From contig JBGAHS010000005.1 of the NCBI GenBank assembly GCA_044226015.1, forward strand, positions 512,001 through 576,000: a stretch of 64,000 bases of DNA, written 5' to 3'. Under the pieces are notes generated by a model. The model ran no database searches. It saw only the letters and a program-made list of their open reading frames with translations, and had not been told where the DNA came from. Below, piece by piece: positions 9,812 through 20,200 of the stretch. Source of the stretch: Candidatus Obscuribacteraceae bacterium. Lineage in GTDB: Bacteria; Cyanobacteriota; Vampirovibrionia; Obscuribacterales; Obscuribacteraceae. The position numbers were made by a program, and so were the translations under genes. Each line of letters starts with the position of its first letter. The stretch's first letter is position 1.

Positions 9812-11623
9812 ATGTCATTTTTGATTCAGTGCCAGAAGCTCAGTAAGTCTTACAGGTCTCGACCGCTTTTCCAAAATCTTTCCGTCTCGGTCGAAGAGGG
9901 AGAGCGAGTCGGCATTGTCGGTCCAAATGGGTCCGGTAAATCAACTCTGATGAAGATAATGGAAGGTGCCGTCAGTCCTGATGAAGGAAAGGTAATTTCG
10001 CGCAAAGATCTGCGTGTCTCTTACCTTGCGCAGGAAGATGAATTTGACGAACCCACAGTAGGGGCTGTGCTGGAAAATGCAGTTCGAATTCTGAAGTTGG
10101 AAGAGCATGAGGCGCATACTCGCGTCGAAAAAATGATTTCTCAGTTCGCTTTTTCTGATTCTGGACTTGCTGTCAAGTCCTTGTCAGGCGGATGGAGAAA
10201 ACGCCTCGCGCTTGCCAGAGAGCTAATCAAAGATCCTGATTTATTAATCCTGGACGAGCCTACCAATCATTTGGATCTTGATGGGGTGATTTGGCTTGAA
10301 AAATTCTTGCTGCAGTCCCGATTTGCTTTGCTTCTTGTTTCTCACGACAGACAGTTTCTCGAAAATGTTAGTACTCGCATAGTAGAAGTCAATCCAATCT
10401 ATGAGGATGGCTGTTTAAGCGTGAAAGGCAAGTACAGCGATTTCTTGCTTGCGCGCGAAGAATACATGGTGGCACAACAGCATCTTGAACAGGCTTTAGC
10501 AAGCCAAGTTCGCCGTGAGGTTGCATGGCTTCAACGCGGGGCACGAGCACGACAAACAAAATCATCGGCCCGCATCAAAGAAGCCGGCGTCCTCATTGAT
10601 AATCTCGCCGAAGTAAAAGGGCGTAATTCGCAAAACACTAAAATTGACATAGACTTTGATGCAACAAATAGGAAAACGAAAGAGCTATTGGTCGCCAAAG
10701 GCTTAAGCAAGTCTCTTGGTGGACGAAAACTGTTTTCCGGCATCGATTTAACTCTTCGTCCAGGTACCCGCTTGGGCTTACTGGGCTCGAACGGAAGTGG
10801 CAAGACAACACTTTTGCGCATTCTCACGGGAGATTTGAATGCTGATTCAGGAACCATAAAACGCGCCGATCAATTGAAGATTGTCTGGTTTGACCAGAAT
10901 AGAGAACAATTAGATCAAGAAAAGTCTCTCTGGAAATCACTTTGTCCTGATGGTGACAGCGTGGTTTATCGCGACAGAAGCTATCACGTTTCAACCTGGG
11001 CAAGGCGATTTTTGTTTAAGCAAGATCAGCTGCAATTGCCAATCGGTTATCTATCTGGTGGCGAGCAAGCGCGCATTCTAATTGCCAATCTGATGAAGCA
11101 GGCGGCAGATATCCTGATTCTGGATGAGCCTACAAATAATCTTGATCTACCGTCTCTGGAGGTTTTAGAAGAGAGTTTGCAGGATTTTCCTGGCGCTGTG
11201 GTTTTGGTGACTCACGACCGCTATATGATTCACGCTGTGCCAAATATGGTGATGGCACTTGATGGGAAGGGGTCCGCACATTTCTTTGCGGACTATTCGC
11301 AATGGGAAGACTATTGCGATGAAATTGAGGCGCAGGAACTAAAAGCAGAAAAAGAGAAAGCTGCAAAAGCTGCACCTCAAAATAAGGAACGCAAAGGTCT
11401 CTCAACAGGAGAGAAGAAGGAGCTTCTGGAGATTGGTGACCGTATCGAAAAAGCTGAGACAGAACTCGCGAATATGCAAAAGAAATTAGAGGACCCGACT
11501 ATTTCCTCTAATCATGAAAAACTAATGGAGATACAAAGGCAAGTGGAGTCAGCGCAGGAGAAGGTCGAGAAGCTTTATCAGCGCTGGGAAGATCTTGAAC
11601 AACGTTCAGCAATTACAACATAG
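9812..11623 (+). CDS. uup: ABC-F family ATPase (Uup-like)
   Basis: Two ABC cassettes (GPNGSGKST/LSGG/DEPTNHLD and GSNGSGKTT/LSGGE/DEPTNNLD), WLQRGARARQTK linker, C-terminal coiled coil ending LYQRWEDLE. Probable start is ATG 9812. Confidence 0.9.
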   Translation: MSFLIQCQKLSKSYRSRPLFQNLSVSVEEGERVGIVGPNGSGKSTLMKIMEGAVSPDEGKVISRKDLRVSYLAQEDEFDEPTVGAVLENAVRILKLEEHEAHTRVEKMISQFAFSDSGLAVKSLSGGWRKRLALARELIKDPDLLILDEPTNHLDLDGVIWLEKFLLQSRFALLLVSHDRQFLENVSTRIVEVNPIYEDGCLSVKGKYSDFLLAREEYMVAQQHLEQALASQVRREVAWLQRGARARQTKSSARIKEAGVLIDNLAEVKGRNSQNTKIDIDFDATNRKTKELLVAKGLSKSLGGRKLFSGIDLTLRPGTRLGLLGSNGSGKTTLLRILTGDLNADSGTIKRADQLKIVWFDQNREQLDQEKSLWKSLCPDGDSVVYRDRSYHVSTWARRFLFKQDQLQLPIGYLSGGEQARILIANLMKQAADILILDEPTNNLDLPSLEVLEESLQDFPGAVVLVTHDRYMIHAVPNMVMALDGKGSAHFFADYSQWEDYCDEIEAQELKAEKEKAAKAAPQNKERKGLSTGEKKELLEIGDRIEKAETELANMQKKLEDPTISSNHEKLMEIQRQVESAQEKVEKLYQRWEDLEQRSAITT

Positions 11624-11633
11624 GAGCAAAACA

Positions 11634-13475
11634 ATGAAACGGCTGCCAAAATGCGTACTTGCGCTATCACTGCTAATTTCTAGCGTGTTTCAGATTTGTC
11701 AGCCGGTGTTAAGTGCTCCTGACGCTGAGAAGAAATCTTCAGGTGTCGATAAGAAAGCGGTGTCGGATAAATCAGCTGTATCCAAGTCTTCAGCGTCCAA
11801 ATCTTCGGAGTCCAAACCAGTTGCAAGCGCTTCAGCCGTAGATAAGAAAGGCACTTCTAATGGTGACCCATGGTGGAAGCATGCGGTTTTCTATGAAATA
11901 TATCCTCGAAGTTTCGCTGATGGCAAAAACAATGGAATGGGAAACATCGCTGGAATCACTTCAAAACTTGATTATTTGCAGGGGCTAGGTGTCGATGCTG
12001 TCTGGATTACTCCGTGTTTTCCATCACCTCAGGTTGATTTTGGTTATGACATTTCGGACTACAAAAGCATAGATTCTGTGTACGGAAACATGGCAGACTT
12101 CGATAAGCTTATTGCAGAAGCTAAGAAGCGAAACATCAAAATATTGATGGATCTAGTAGTGAATCATACATCTGATAAACATCCTTGGTTTCAAGCATCG
12201 GCTTCTTCAAAAACAAATCCAAAGCGTGACTGGTACATCTGGCGTGATGGCAAAAATGGTGGACCACCAAACAACTGGATTTCATTGTTTGGTCATTCTG
12301 CCTGGAAGCTAGATCCGAAAACGAACCAGTACTATTACCATTTCTTTTATCCAGAACAGCCGGATTTGAATTGGCGCAATCCCGAAGTTCGCAAGGCTAT
12401 GTATGACGCTGTACGATTCTGGTTAGATCGAGGAGTTGCTGGTTTTCGCCTTGATGCTGTAGGAGTCCTATTTGAAGATCCTAAGTTTCCAGACAACCCG
12501 TTGTTGCCGGGTGGCAAAAAGAATTCATATGGAGACCCCGAGACTGAATTTAAATACAATGACCATCTGCCAGAGGTTCATGATGTCTTCAAGGAACTGC
12601 GGGCGGTGCTCGATAGTTATCCGAGCAACCCTGTTCTAATCGGAGAGACAAGTGCAAAGTCGGTAGCCATGCTCAAAGAAAACTATGGGAAGAATCATGA
12701 TGAGATTCAGCTTCCCATGAACATGTTTTTTGCTTATGTAGATAAGCTTTCTGCGCCGGAATTTAGAAAGCAGATCAAGAGTGCTGAAGATATGGCTGGA
12801 CAAGATTGGCCATTGTATTTCTTTAGCAATCACGACCAGGTGCGTCACTATATTCGCTATGGTGATGGAAAGAATAACGATCAAATTGCTAAGTTGATGG
12901 CAACGCTTTTATTGAGCTTGCGCGGGTCTCCGATAATGTATTACGGAGAAGAACTCGGCATGGAAAATAAAGATCCAGTAAGGAAAGAGGACGTTAAAGA
13001 TCCCATTGGAAAGCTGGGTTGGCCAAAATATAAAGGGCGCGATGGCGAGAGAACCCCGATGCAATGGTCGTCCGGAAAAAATGCAGGTTTCAGTGAAAAG
13101 ACGCCTTGGCTGCCTGTGACCGATTCGTACAAGACGCACAATGTTGAGTCAGAGAGTAAAGATCCAAACTCGATTCTCAATTTTTACAAGTCATTGATAA
13201 AGTTGAGACGAAGCAACGATGCCTTAGTTCATGGCACATTGAAACTCATCGACGATGGCAATCCTGATGTTTTGTCTTTCTGTAGAGAAGCAGCAGGCAA
13301 GAAAGTTGTTATTGCATTGAATATGTCGAAAAAGACTGTTTCGTATAAGCTTCCATCCGAGAAGTCAAAAACTATTGCTCCGCTTTTGACAACAATTGCT
13401 GACTGCCCATCTAAAATAGACCCCGAAAAGTTTAGTCTTCCTGCTTTTGCGGTGTTGATAGGTGAGATTAAATAA
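11634..13475 (+). CDS. GH13 alpha-glucosidase / oligo-1,6-glucosidase family protein with signal peptide
   Basis: WWKHAVFYEIYPRSF, DLVVNHTSD, QPDLNW, catalytic GFRLDAV / IGET / NHDQ, YYGEELGM, RTPMQW. ATG 11634 follows AGGAG. Confidence 0.93.
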   Translation: MKRLPKCVLALSLLISSVFQICQPVLSAPDAEKKSSGVDKKAVSDKSAVSKSSASKSSESKPVASASAVDKKGTSNGDPWWKHAVFYEIYPRSFADGKNNGMGNIAGITSKLDYLQGLGVDAVWITPCFPSPQVDFGYDISDYKSIDSVYGNMADFDKLIAEAKKRNIKILMDLVVNHTSDKHPWFQASASSKTNPKRDWYIWRDGKNGGPPNNWISLFGHSAWKLDPKTNQYYYHFFYPEQPDLNWRNPEVRKAMYDAVRFWLDRGVAGFRLDAVGVLFEDPKFPDNPLLPGGKKNSYGDPETEFKYNDHLPEVHDVFKELRAVLDSYPSNPVLIGETSAKSVAMLKENYGKNHDEIQLPMNMFFAYVDKLSAPEFRKQIKSAEDMAGQDWPLYFFSNHDQVRHYIRYGDGKNNDQIAKLMATLLLSLRGSPIMYYGEELGMENKDPVRKEDVKDPIGKLGWPKYKGRDGERTPMQWSSGKNAGFSEKTPWLPVTDSYKTHNVESESKDPNSILNFYKSLIKLRRSNDALVHGTLKLIDDGNPDVLSFCREAAGKKVVIALNMSKKTVSYKLPSEKSKTIAPLLTTIADCPSKIDPEKFSLPAFAVLIGEIK

Positions 13476-13546
13476 GGCGAAGAGACTGTCGGGGACTGGG
13501 AGCTACTCATATTTGACTTAATCTGCCTTCGTAATACTTTGGCTTT

Positions 13547-14056
13547 ATGTTTAAGCCTGGGTATATGAAAGTGGAAGTCTTGTGTCTAATTTTATCGGTC
13601 ATGATTCAGCCCACAAACTACGATTCACTCAGGTCATGGTATTTAGCAAGACTGCGCAAGTCTGCTATCGAAGCACAGGTATCTGGACAATTAACTCCTT
13701 CAGCTTTAATTGCAGCAGACAGAGAAGTTATCGAAAAGCTCATTGCAGAACGCACTGAAGCTGATGAAAAAAATGAAAACGTAATTGCAAAAAACAGTGG
13801 ACATTTGAAGTTTGCATTTATGCTCTGGGTTTACTTGATTCTGAGCGCAGTGCTCTCTCTCTTCTTATTTTGCTTAGGAGACGCTAGCATTCTAAGCAGT
13901 GTTTTGGCTGTTAGTATGAACCCGGGTAGCTTGAGTCAGACGAATAGTTCGACACCAAATATGGTGGTCATGCTGATTGTCCAGGCGGTTTTTTATCTGT
14001 ATCCGATTACGGTTTTTCCATACATTTTGTTTATGCTAAAGCAGGATGGACGATGA
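13547..14056 (+). CDS. Hypothetical membrane protein (two C-terminal TM segments); start codon uncertain
   Basis: ORF with two hydrophobic stretches; ATGA overlap with the downstream histidine kinase gene. Confidence 0.6.
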   Translation: MFKPGYMKVEVLCLILSVMIQPTNYDSLRSWYLARLRKSAIEAQVSGQLTPSALIAADREVIEKLIAERTEADEKNENVIAKNSGHLKFAFMLWVYLILSAVLSLFLFCLGDASILSSVLAVSMNPGSLSQTNSSTPNMVVMLIVQAVFYLYPITVFPYILFMLKQDGR

Positions 14057-15456
14057 AGCTCAGAACTTTAGCAGTTATTGTCGTTGCAGTTTTAGCATTT
14101 GCTCAGACTATAGTTTTGTCACTATTGGCGCAGCCTCTCGCCCATGGCAGTGTTAACTATAATGTTGATGACCCTATCAGAATGATGTTTTTTCTGGCTG
14201 GTTTCTTGGGTTATGCATCTCTTGCTACTGTTTATGTTCTTTTCGATAAAGTAGTATGTGCTCGTCTGCAAATGCTCGGAGATGAGCAGTGGTTGCACAG
14301 CGGGCAGGGGCTAGCGTGGATGAGCGGAGATTCCGAACTTTCCACTATTGCTGCACAGTTCAAGCAATTACACGCACGAAACGCAGAGTCAGCTGAGAGA
14401 GAAAATGTCATTGCCGATCACGCACTTGATTTGATCTGCTCACTTAATACGGGACGAACAATTGTGGCAATTAATCCAGCCAGTCTTGCACAGTTGGGCT
14501 ACGCTCCCGTCACGTTGATGGGACGTTCGTTTGACAAATTGCTTGCTGACGAGGAAATAGCGCGTCTTAACCAGGCACTGGCAAACGCCAGATCTGAAGG
14601 CTCTCCTGCTCAAGTTGATTTACAAATCAAGACGATGCAGGGAGTATTGAAAGACTTCAGATGGACCTGTGAGTGGTCTGAGAGTGCCGGGCTTTACTAC
14701 TGTGTCGCAAGAGATATCAGCTCTCAAAAGCAGCTTGAGAGAGTCAAGCAAGAATTTTTGTCCATGGTGAGCCATGATCTTCGAACTCCAATTACCTCTG
14801 TCAGAGCCTTTATGACACATTTAGAGGAAGGTGGACCGTACGGAACTCTTTCTGACAAAGGAAAGAGGCACTTAAATGGTGTTGAAGAGAATCTGGACAG
14901 AATGATCAAGCTGACTACAGACTTGCTTGACCTCGACAAGCTCGAGGCAGGTCGAATGCAGTTAGACCAGGGCATCATCAAAGTACAGGACCTTTTGAAT
15001 AATTCTGCAAGTTCGGTCAGGCAGCTTGCTGAGCAAAAGCGCGTGGTTCTGCAGGTACAAGAAACGGAACTAGAAGTCTTCGGTGATGTTCATAGATTGA
15101 CACAAGTATTGGTTAACCTTCTTTCGAACGCAATCAAATTCGCGCCTGATGACAGCACCATTGAACTTAATGCAGTTGTTGTGCGCCATCAAGTCGAGAT
15201 ACAAGTCGTTGACCACGGACGTGGCATTCCTGCTCACATGGTTGACATGATTTTTGAACGCTACAAGCAGGTTGAGGTTGCCGATCACACAGTAAAGAAG
15301 GGCTCAGGCTTAGGTCTGGCAATAGCGAAAGCTCTCGTCGATGCGCATAATGGTCAAATTGGCGTGTCTAGTGAAGAAGGCAAAGGAACTAAGTTCTGGT
15401 TCAGAATTGCCAGACCAAAGGGACGCAACACAGCCTCTCACAATGTGGTTAGATAA
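14053..15456 (+). CDS. PAS-domain sensor histidine kinase
   Basis: Two N-terminal TMs, PAS (INPAS...LGY...CVARDIS), H-box SHDLRTP, N-box NLLSNAIKF, G1 DHGRGIP, G2 GSGLGLAI. Confidence 0.95.
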   Translation: MKLRTLAVIVVAVLAFAQTIVLSLLAQPLAHGSVNYNVDDPIRMMFFLAGFLGYASLATVYVLFDKVVCARLQMLGDEQWLHSGQGLAWMSGDSELSTIAAQFKQLHARNAESAERENVIADHALDLICSLNTGRTIVAINPASLAQLGYAPVTLMGRSFDKLLADEEIARLNQALANARSEGSPAQVDLQIKTMQGVLKDFRWTCEWSESAGLYYCVARDISSQKQLERVKQEFLSMVSHDLRTPITSVRAFMTHLEEGGPYGTLSDKGKRHLNGVEENLDRMIKLTTDLLDLDKLEAGRMQLDQGIIKVQDLLNNSASSVRQLAEQKRVVLQVQETELEVFGDVHRLTQVLVNLLSNAIKFAPDDSTIELNAVVVRHQVEIQVVDHGRGIPAHMVDMIFERYKQVEVADHTVKKGSGLGLAIAKALVDAHNGQIGVSSEEGKGTKFWFRIARPKGRNTASHNVVR

Positions 15457-15615
15457 CAAATATGACGGAATTTCGCTGCTGACAGCTTTTCGAGCCTCGG
15501 CTCAGGCAGATTAGCAAAAATAAATTGGCTGATAAAGCCTGATTAGATGGATGACAAGATCCTCGATCACGCTCATGTTACAATCTGTTCTTTCTGGCTT
15601 GGAGACAGATTTTAC

Positions 15616-16689
15616 ATGCGCGCTCTTTTATTGTTGAGCATATTGATATCGCTAAGTTTGCCATCAGCTGATGCCATTGCAGGTGGTGCTGGCGGCAATC
15701 CAAGCAATTCAGGTGCAAGTTCATCCACAGATTTGGATTTGAAGACTAGCACTCAGCTACGGCTGCTAGAAATGAAGTATTTCGAGCATACTTTTGATAG
15801 CGACAATGCAGAAGAGAGAACCGAGAGACTTGAGAATCTGATTCGTGGTGAAGTAGGTGAAGGAAGTCCAGCGGCAAGAATAAAGAGCATGGTTGATGCC
15901 CTGCAAGCCGATGGAGAGTCACTAGCTCCTCTTCCTACAAGTGCTCAGGCCACTGCGGCTAATCCTTCCAGATCATCGAGCGCTCCTTCTCAAGATAACC
16001 GACAAGCAAGTGCGCCTCGTGCTGGGCAAGACCATGGCGACTACCCACATGTCACCAATCTAGAGCGTGAGATTCTCGGACCTACTTACGAGAGTGATTC
16101 GCTCAGTGCACGTATAGACAGGCTAGAAATGAAAGCCTTCGGTAAGGTCACCACTGGTGGTGACCTCAGCAGCCGTACAGACAGGTTGGAATCGTATGCG
16201 CAAAACACGCTTCACGATAAACCGTTCGCTAACAATCCAGATATCGACAAAACCTACATTATACCGGCGTCGCGCCAATCTTATCCTACTGCTCGTCCAG
16301 ACAATGGACCCAGTATTGCGGATGCTGAGCGTTATGCGGTTCAACATTTCTTTGGGTCGTCTAGAAATATGGGACAGGGCTACAGTCCATCTGTCCCTAT
16401 GGATGCTGCCTCGGACTCCGATGAGCCTGCCAGACCTGCGGAGGATCCCGCTGTTTATGCCAAGACGCCACCAGCTTCAGGGGCTCGCATGATTACTCAG
16501 GTAGGTTGGTGCGAAGTGCAAGTGTTCGGGCATACGTTCCCGAACATGCATTTGACACAGCGGTTGAGACAGTTGAATGACGAAGTTATGCCCAAGAAAA
16601 CTAAATTGACAGACATGCAACTAATGGATGACCTTACTCCAATAATGAACGCGATTGTTGTGCGTAAAACTCAGAAAGCTGGCGCCTGA
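15616..16689 (+). CDS. Secreted hypothetical protein with a repeated helical motif
   Basis: ATG 15616 after GGAGA; signal peptide MRALLLLSILISLSLPSADA; repeated LE..(F/L)G.T....L..R..RLE motif. Confidence 0.75.
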   Translation: MRALLLLSILISLSLPSADAIAGGAGGNPSNSGASSSTDLDLKTSTQLRLLEMKYFEHTFDSDNAEERTERLENLIRGEVGEGSPAARIKSMVDALQADGESLAPLPTSAQATAANPSRSSSAPSQDNRQASAPRAGQDHGDYPHVTNLEREILGPTYESDSLSARIDRLEMKAFGKVTTGGDLSSRTDRLESYAQNTLHDKPFANNPDIDKTYIIPASRQSYPTARPDNGPSIADAERYAVQHFFGSSRNMGQGYSPSVPMDAASDSDEPARPAEDPAVYAKTPPASGARMITQVGWCEVQVFGHTFPNMHLTQRLRQLNDEVMPKKTKLTDMQLMDDLTPIMNAIVVRKTQKAGA

Positions 16690-16702
16690 TTTCTGTCTGC
16701 TT

Positions 16703-16954
16703 CTATTCTCTTTGAGGCGGGCTAACAGGCTCTTTTGCGTAGCACGCTAAATACCCGCATTCGATACATCTGTACGCGGTGATGAACATTCGCATGTCTT
16801 CATTTGTGGAAACCTTTATTCCGAAAAAGACAGGTACTTCTATCTTGTCGCTAGCAACATTGAATTGACCGTCCTCGAACTTTCCAGGAAGCCAGACTGC
16901 TGAACCTATCAGCCCTGACTCCATCTTTCCTTTACATTGCGGGCATGAGTTCAT
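16703..16954 (-). CDS. Small zinc-ribbon protein (CPxC...CxxCG, DUF6487-like)
   Basis: CPQCKGKMESG at the N-terminus and AYRCIECGY at the C-terminus; purine-rich RBS upstream. Confidence 0.75.
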   Translation of the reverse strand: MNSCPQCKGKMESGLIGSAVWLPGKFEDGQFNVASDKIEVPVFFGIKVSTNEDMRMFITAYRCIECGYLACYAKEPVSPPQRE

Positions 16955-16975
16955 TTACTTCCCCTGTGTCAGTAG

Positions 16976-17118
16976 AGCTCAGTATTGGATCCATCTGTTT
17001 GTGCGATAACGTTGGATCACTGCTTTTACTTGGGATCATTCACATTTACTTGCTCACTAGTTCATTACTTGATCCAGCTTTTACTTGGTCAGCAGCTCAG
17101 AAATTGGATTCATCTGTT
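16976..17118. repeat. Degenerate intergenic repeat cluster
   Basis: TTACTTG at 17026, 17046, 17065 and 17081, bracketed by near-identical direct repeats AGCTCAGTATTGGATCCATCTGTT (16976-16999) and AGCTCAGAAATTGGATTCATCTGTT (17094-17118). Confidence 0.6.
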
Positions 17119-17164
17119 GCGAACATTTGGTTGATAGCATATCAGATTGCTTCCGTGCTTGCGT

Positions 17165-17198
17165 ATGAACAAGAAAGGGCGTCAGTAACGCCCTTTCT
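17165..17198 (-). terminator. Intrinsic terminator downstream of the giant-protein pair
   Basis: Perfect 11-bp stem AGAAAGGGCGT / ACGCCCTTTCT with a 5-nt loop (17172-17198); U-rich tail on the minus strand. Confidence 0.75.
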
Positions 17199-17293
17199 GT
17201 TAGATTTCAATTGTGCTCAGTTCCAGCGAGTCTTATTTGCTTTGGTATGGAACGTTGTGACTTGAGCCATGAAGCCATGATTGGCTTCTCGCG

Positions 17294-20200
17294 TTATTGG
17301 TTATTGAATGCCGCCATGCGTGGACGGAAGACTTGTTGATAACGCTCTCCATTGCGATTCATCTGAAGCATTGAAGCAACAGTCTTCATCAAATGGCTGC
17401 TTAATTTTCTAGCTTCTGGATGCTGTGAGTTGCACAAGGTCTTCAGAGGCTTGATTGATGCAATCGCCGAAGGAATCGAGTATTCAGCGCTGAATACTTT
17501 CATTCCATTGCCGAGATCTTGCTCCTTGATGTTGCGGTAAGCAATTGCCTCGACAGCATTCACCTGACCAAAGTCCTTGATATTCGCATTCGTGATCGTC
17601 AAATGGCGACCTGGTGCGATGTGCATTCTGTGCTCGCCAGCTTTTACGTGGACTGCATCTCTGTGCTGGTCATCCAGGTTGAAGATTGCAGTTCCGAGTG
17701 AAGAGCTGAATACGAGGGCCACGGATTTAGCTGCGATTTCAACATCACCAAACGGAGTCTTAACCACGGTGTCAACGAACGGAGCAAACAGTACCGAACC
17801 TTTTGCCAGGTCAACAACTTTGTGTTCGCTGCTCAGGCTGCTTGCTGAGCTTGTGAAACCAAAGTCTTTATCGCTGGAGAATGTGGCGTCGGCGTTTCCG
17901 AATCCGATAAATCCAGGTGTGAGTTCCTGCGACAATTCAGTCTCGCTGACTCCGCCTTGAAGCATCTTTGCGATAGATGGATTCACCGTATTGTTGATGT
18001 TTGTTGTTTGAATTGGCATTGCGTAAGCATTGCTGCCAAAGTTGCTACTCAGGCTGAACGATTCCTTAGTGCTCGAACCTGGAGTTGCAATGGTCAAGCT
18101 CTGCGAGTTGCCTGCGGTTTTGAGCGCGGAGCTTGCATGTGCCGGTGTCAGTGAGGTCAATGCCGGAGCCGTCAACGCTGCGGAACTTGCTGGTGGGTCA
18201 GCTGTGATTGTCACATTTGTGAGTGTGATTTTGGCTGATGTTCCAGCTTGCATCTGTACGGCAGATTTGTTGACGATATTTACGGTAGTACCGGTCGCAA
18301 CTATTCCTGTCGGAGTTGTACCGAAGAACGCATCTGCTGAAGTCGCGGTTCCAGAAGTCACTACTGAGATGCCCGTTGGAGCCGTGTTGTTGCTCGGCGC
18401 CGGTACCGTACTTCCGATGATGAGGCTTACTTGACCCAGTCTCGGGAAGGTTGTTGGAGAGGTAGGTTTGGTAGTGCTTGCTGCAGTCGTGATGGTGACG
18501 CCACTTTGCAGAGTGATTCCAGAAGTGGCTGCATTTGCCTTTTCTTGAAGCAGTACTGTAGCTGTAGTGCCACTGGCGTTGATCTTCACTCCAGAAGACA
18601 CCGTGAGCAATCCAGTCGTTTGTACAACTGATATGTTGCCAGTCGAGGTTCCCGAGGCAGTGATATCGCTGTTGAACGTGGTGTTGCCTGTGGTGGTTAG
18701 AGTGATTTGATTACCTGTTATTGTTCCAAAGGTCATCGCTGTTGTGGCAGCATCGTTGACGTTCACGAAGCCCTTGGCGTTTATCGAATTGACTTTAGTG
18801 GTGCTTATTTTCAATCCGACCGTGCTCGAAGTTCCTGTGATGTTTCCGTTGCCGCTATTCGTGAGTGTGAGGGTTCCTGTCGCTGAAGTTGTCACTGCAG
18901 CTTTACCGCTTATATCTCCGGTGCTGGCATTCGTGAGTATGATGCTGTTTGCTTTAGAGCCACCGAGAGTGGCACCATTTAGAGCTATGCCACCACTTGC
19001 ACTGATCGTGATGTCGGAAGCGGTACTCAAGGTAGCTGTCATTGCAACTGCTGAAGTCGATAGCAACTCAAACGATTTATTGTTTGGATTTGCCGCTGCA
19101 ACCGTCAAGGTGCTAAGCCCCTGATTGTTCAAGAAGACAGCGCCAGTCGATTTCACAGAAACCGTAGAGGCCGCAATCTTCAATTCATTGCCAGCGCCGA
19201 CTCCAACATTGCCTGTACCGGTGGTGAAGGTGATGGATCCACCCTGCACCAATTGCGTGCCACTGATGTTACCCGTGCCCGCCGCGGTTAAGTTGACCAC
19301 ACCAGTTGTTGGAGTAGCCAGAAGCTTACTGCCAAGGCTCAAGCTGCTATTCGTGCCAGTGGTCTTCAATGTGATGTTAGTGGCAGAAACATCGTTGCCA
19401 GGGTTGACATTGATGCCAGCGCCTGTGGTGCTCACTGAGAAGAGGTTCGAGGCAGTGCCACCATTAAGTTGAAGCTGTCCTCCACCCGTTTGAGTGACGG
19501 AAACTGAGCCCAATGTGCCTGTTCCTGTTGCATTCACCTTACCATTGAATACCGTAGTACCTTTCGTTGTGATAGTGACAGAGCCGTTTCCACTGTTACC
19601 AGCGATAACGTTGCCAACGAAGGTCATTGGTCCAGATGCAGCTACTTTTACTATTCCACCAGCAACCAGGGCTGAATTTACTGTCGCGCCTGTAGTGTTG
19701 GCATCGCTTAAATTGATGAGTCCCGTTGTTGAGTTGAGTAGCGCAATCTTATCTGTATTTGTCTTTATTGGAGCAGTTGAGGTGCCGACGTTTCCGCTTG
19801 CACCTGTCTGCATAATAACTCCATTCTGCCCTGTCTTTGTCGACAAGGTACCTGAACCGAGAATGCTCTGAGACGACAAGATCGTTATGCCAGTCGTCGC
19901 TGTTGTGAGGCCGATGGAACCATTCACCGTGATGTTGCCATTTGCTCCGGGCAGCGTGCTTGTGTCGAGAACGACGTTCTTTGCGTTTGTTAGCGATGAG
20001 GTCAACACTATTGCCGAAGTAGATTTCAACGAGAAGACGTTAGTTGCTTTAGCACTTGTTACGGTGAGCGCTGAAGTTCCGAAGGCTGTGTTTTCCAGGT
20101 AAGCATCTGCTGCAGTCTCAGAAAGAGAAGCTGCACTAACTTTGAGCGGAGTTCCTACTGAGCCAGCCGACACAGGAGCTGAGAGGGTCACTGTCTTACC

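Noticed and set aside
16945..17265. 106-aa plus-strand ORF
   Set aside because: It runs across a repeat cluster and a terminator hairpin, overlaps the start of the zinc-ribbon gene, and has no family motif.
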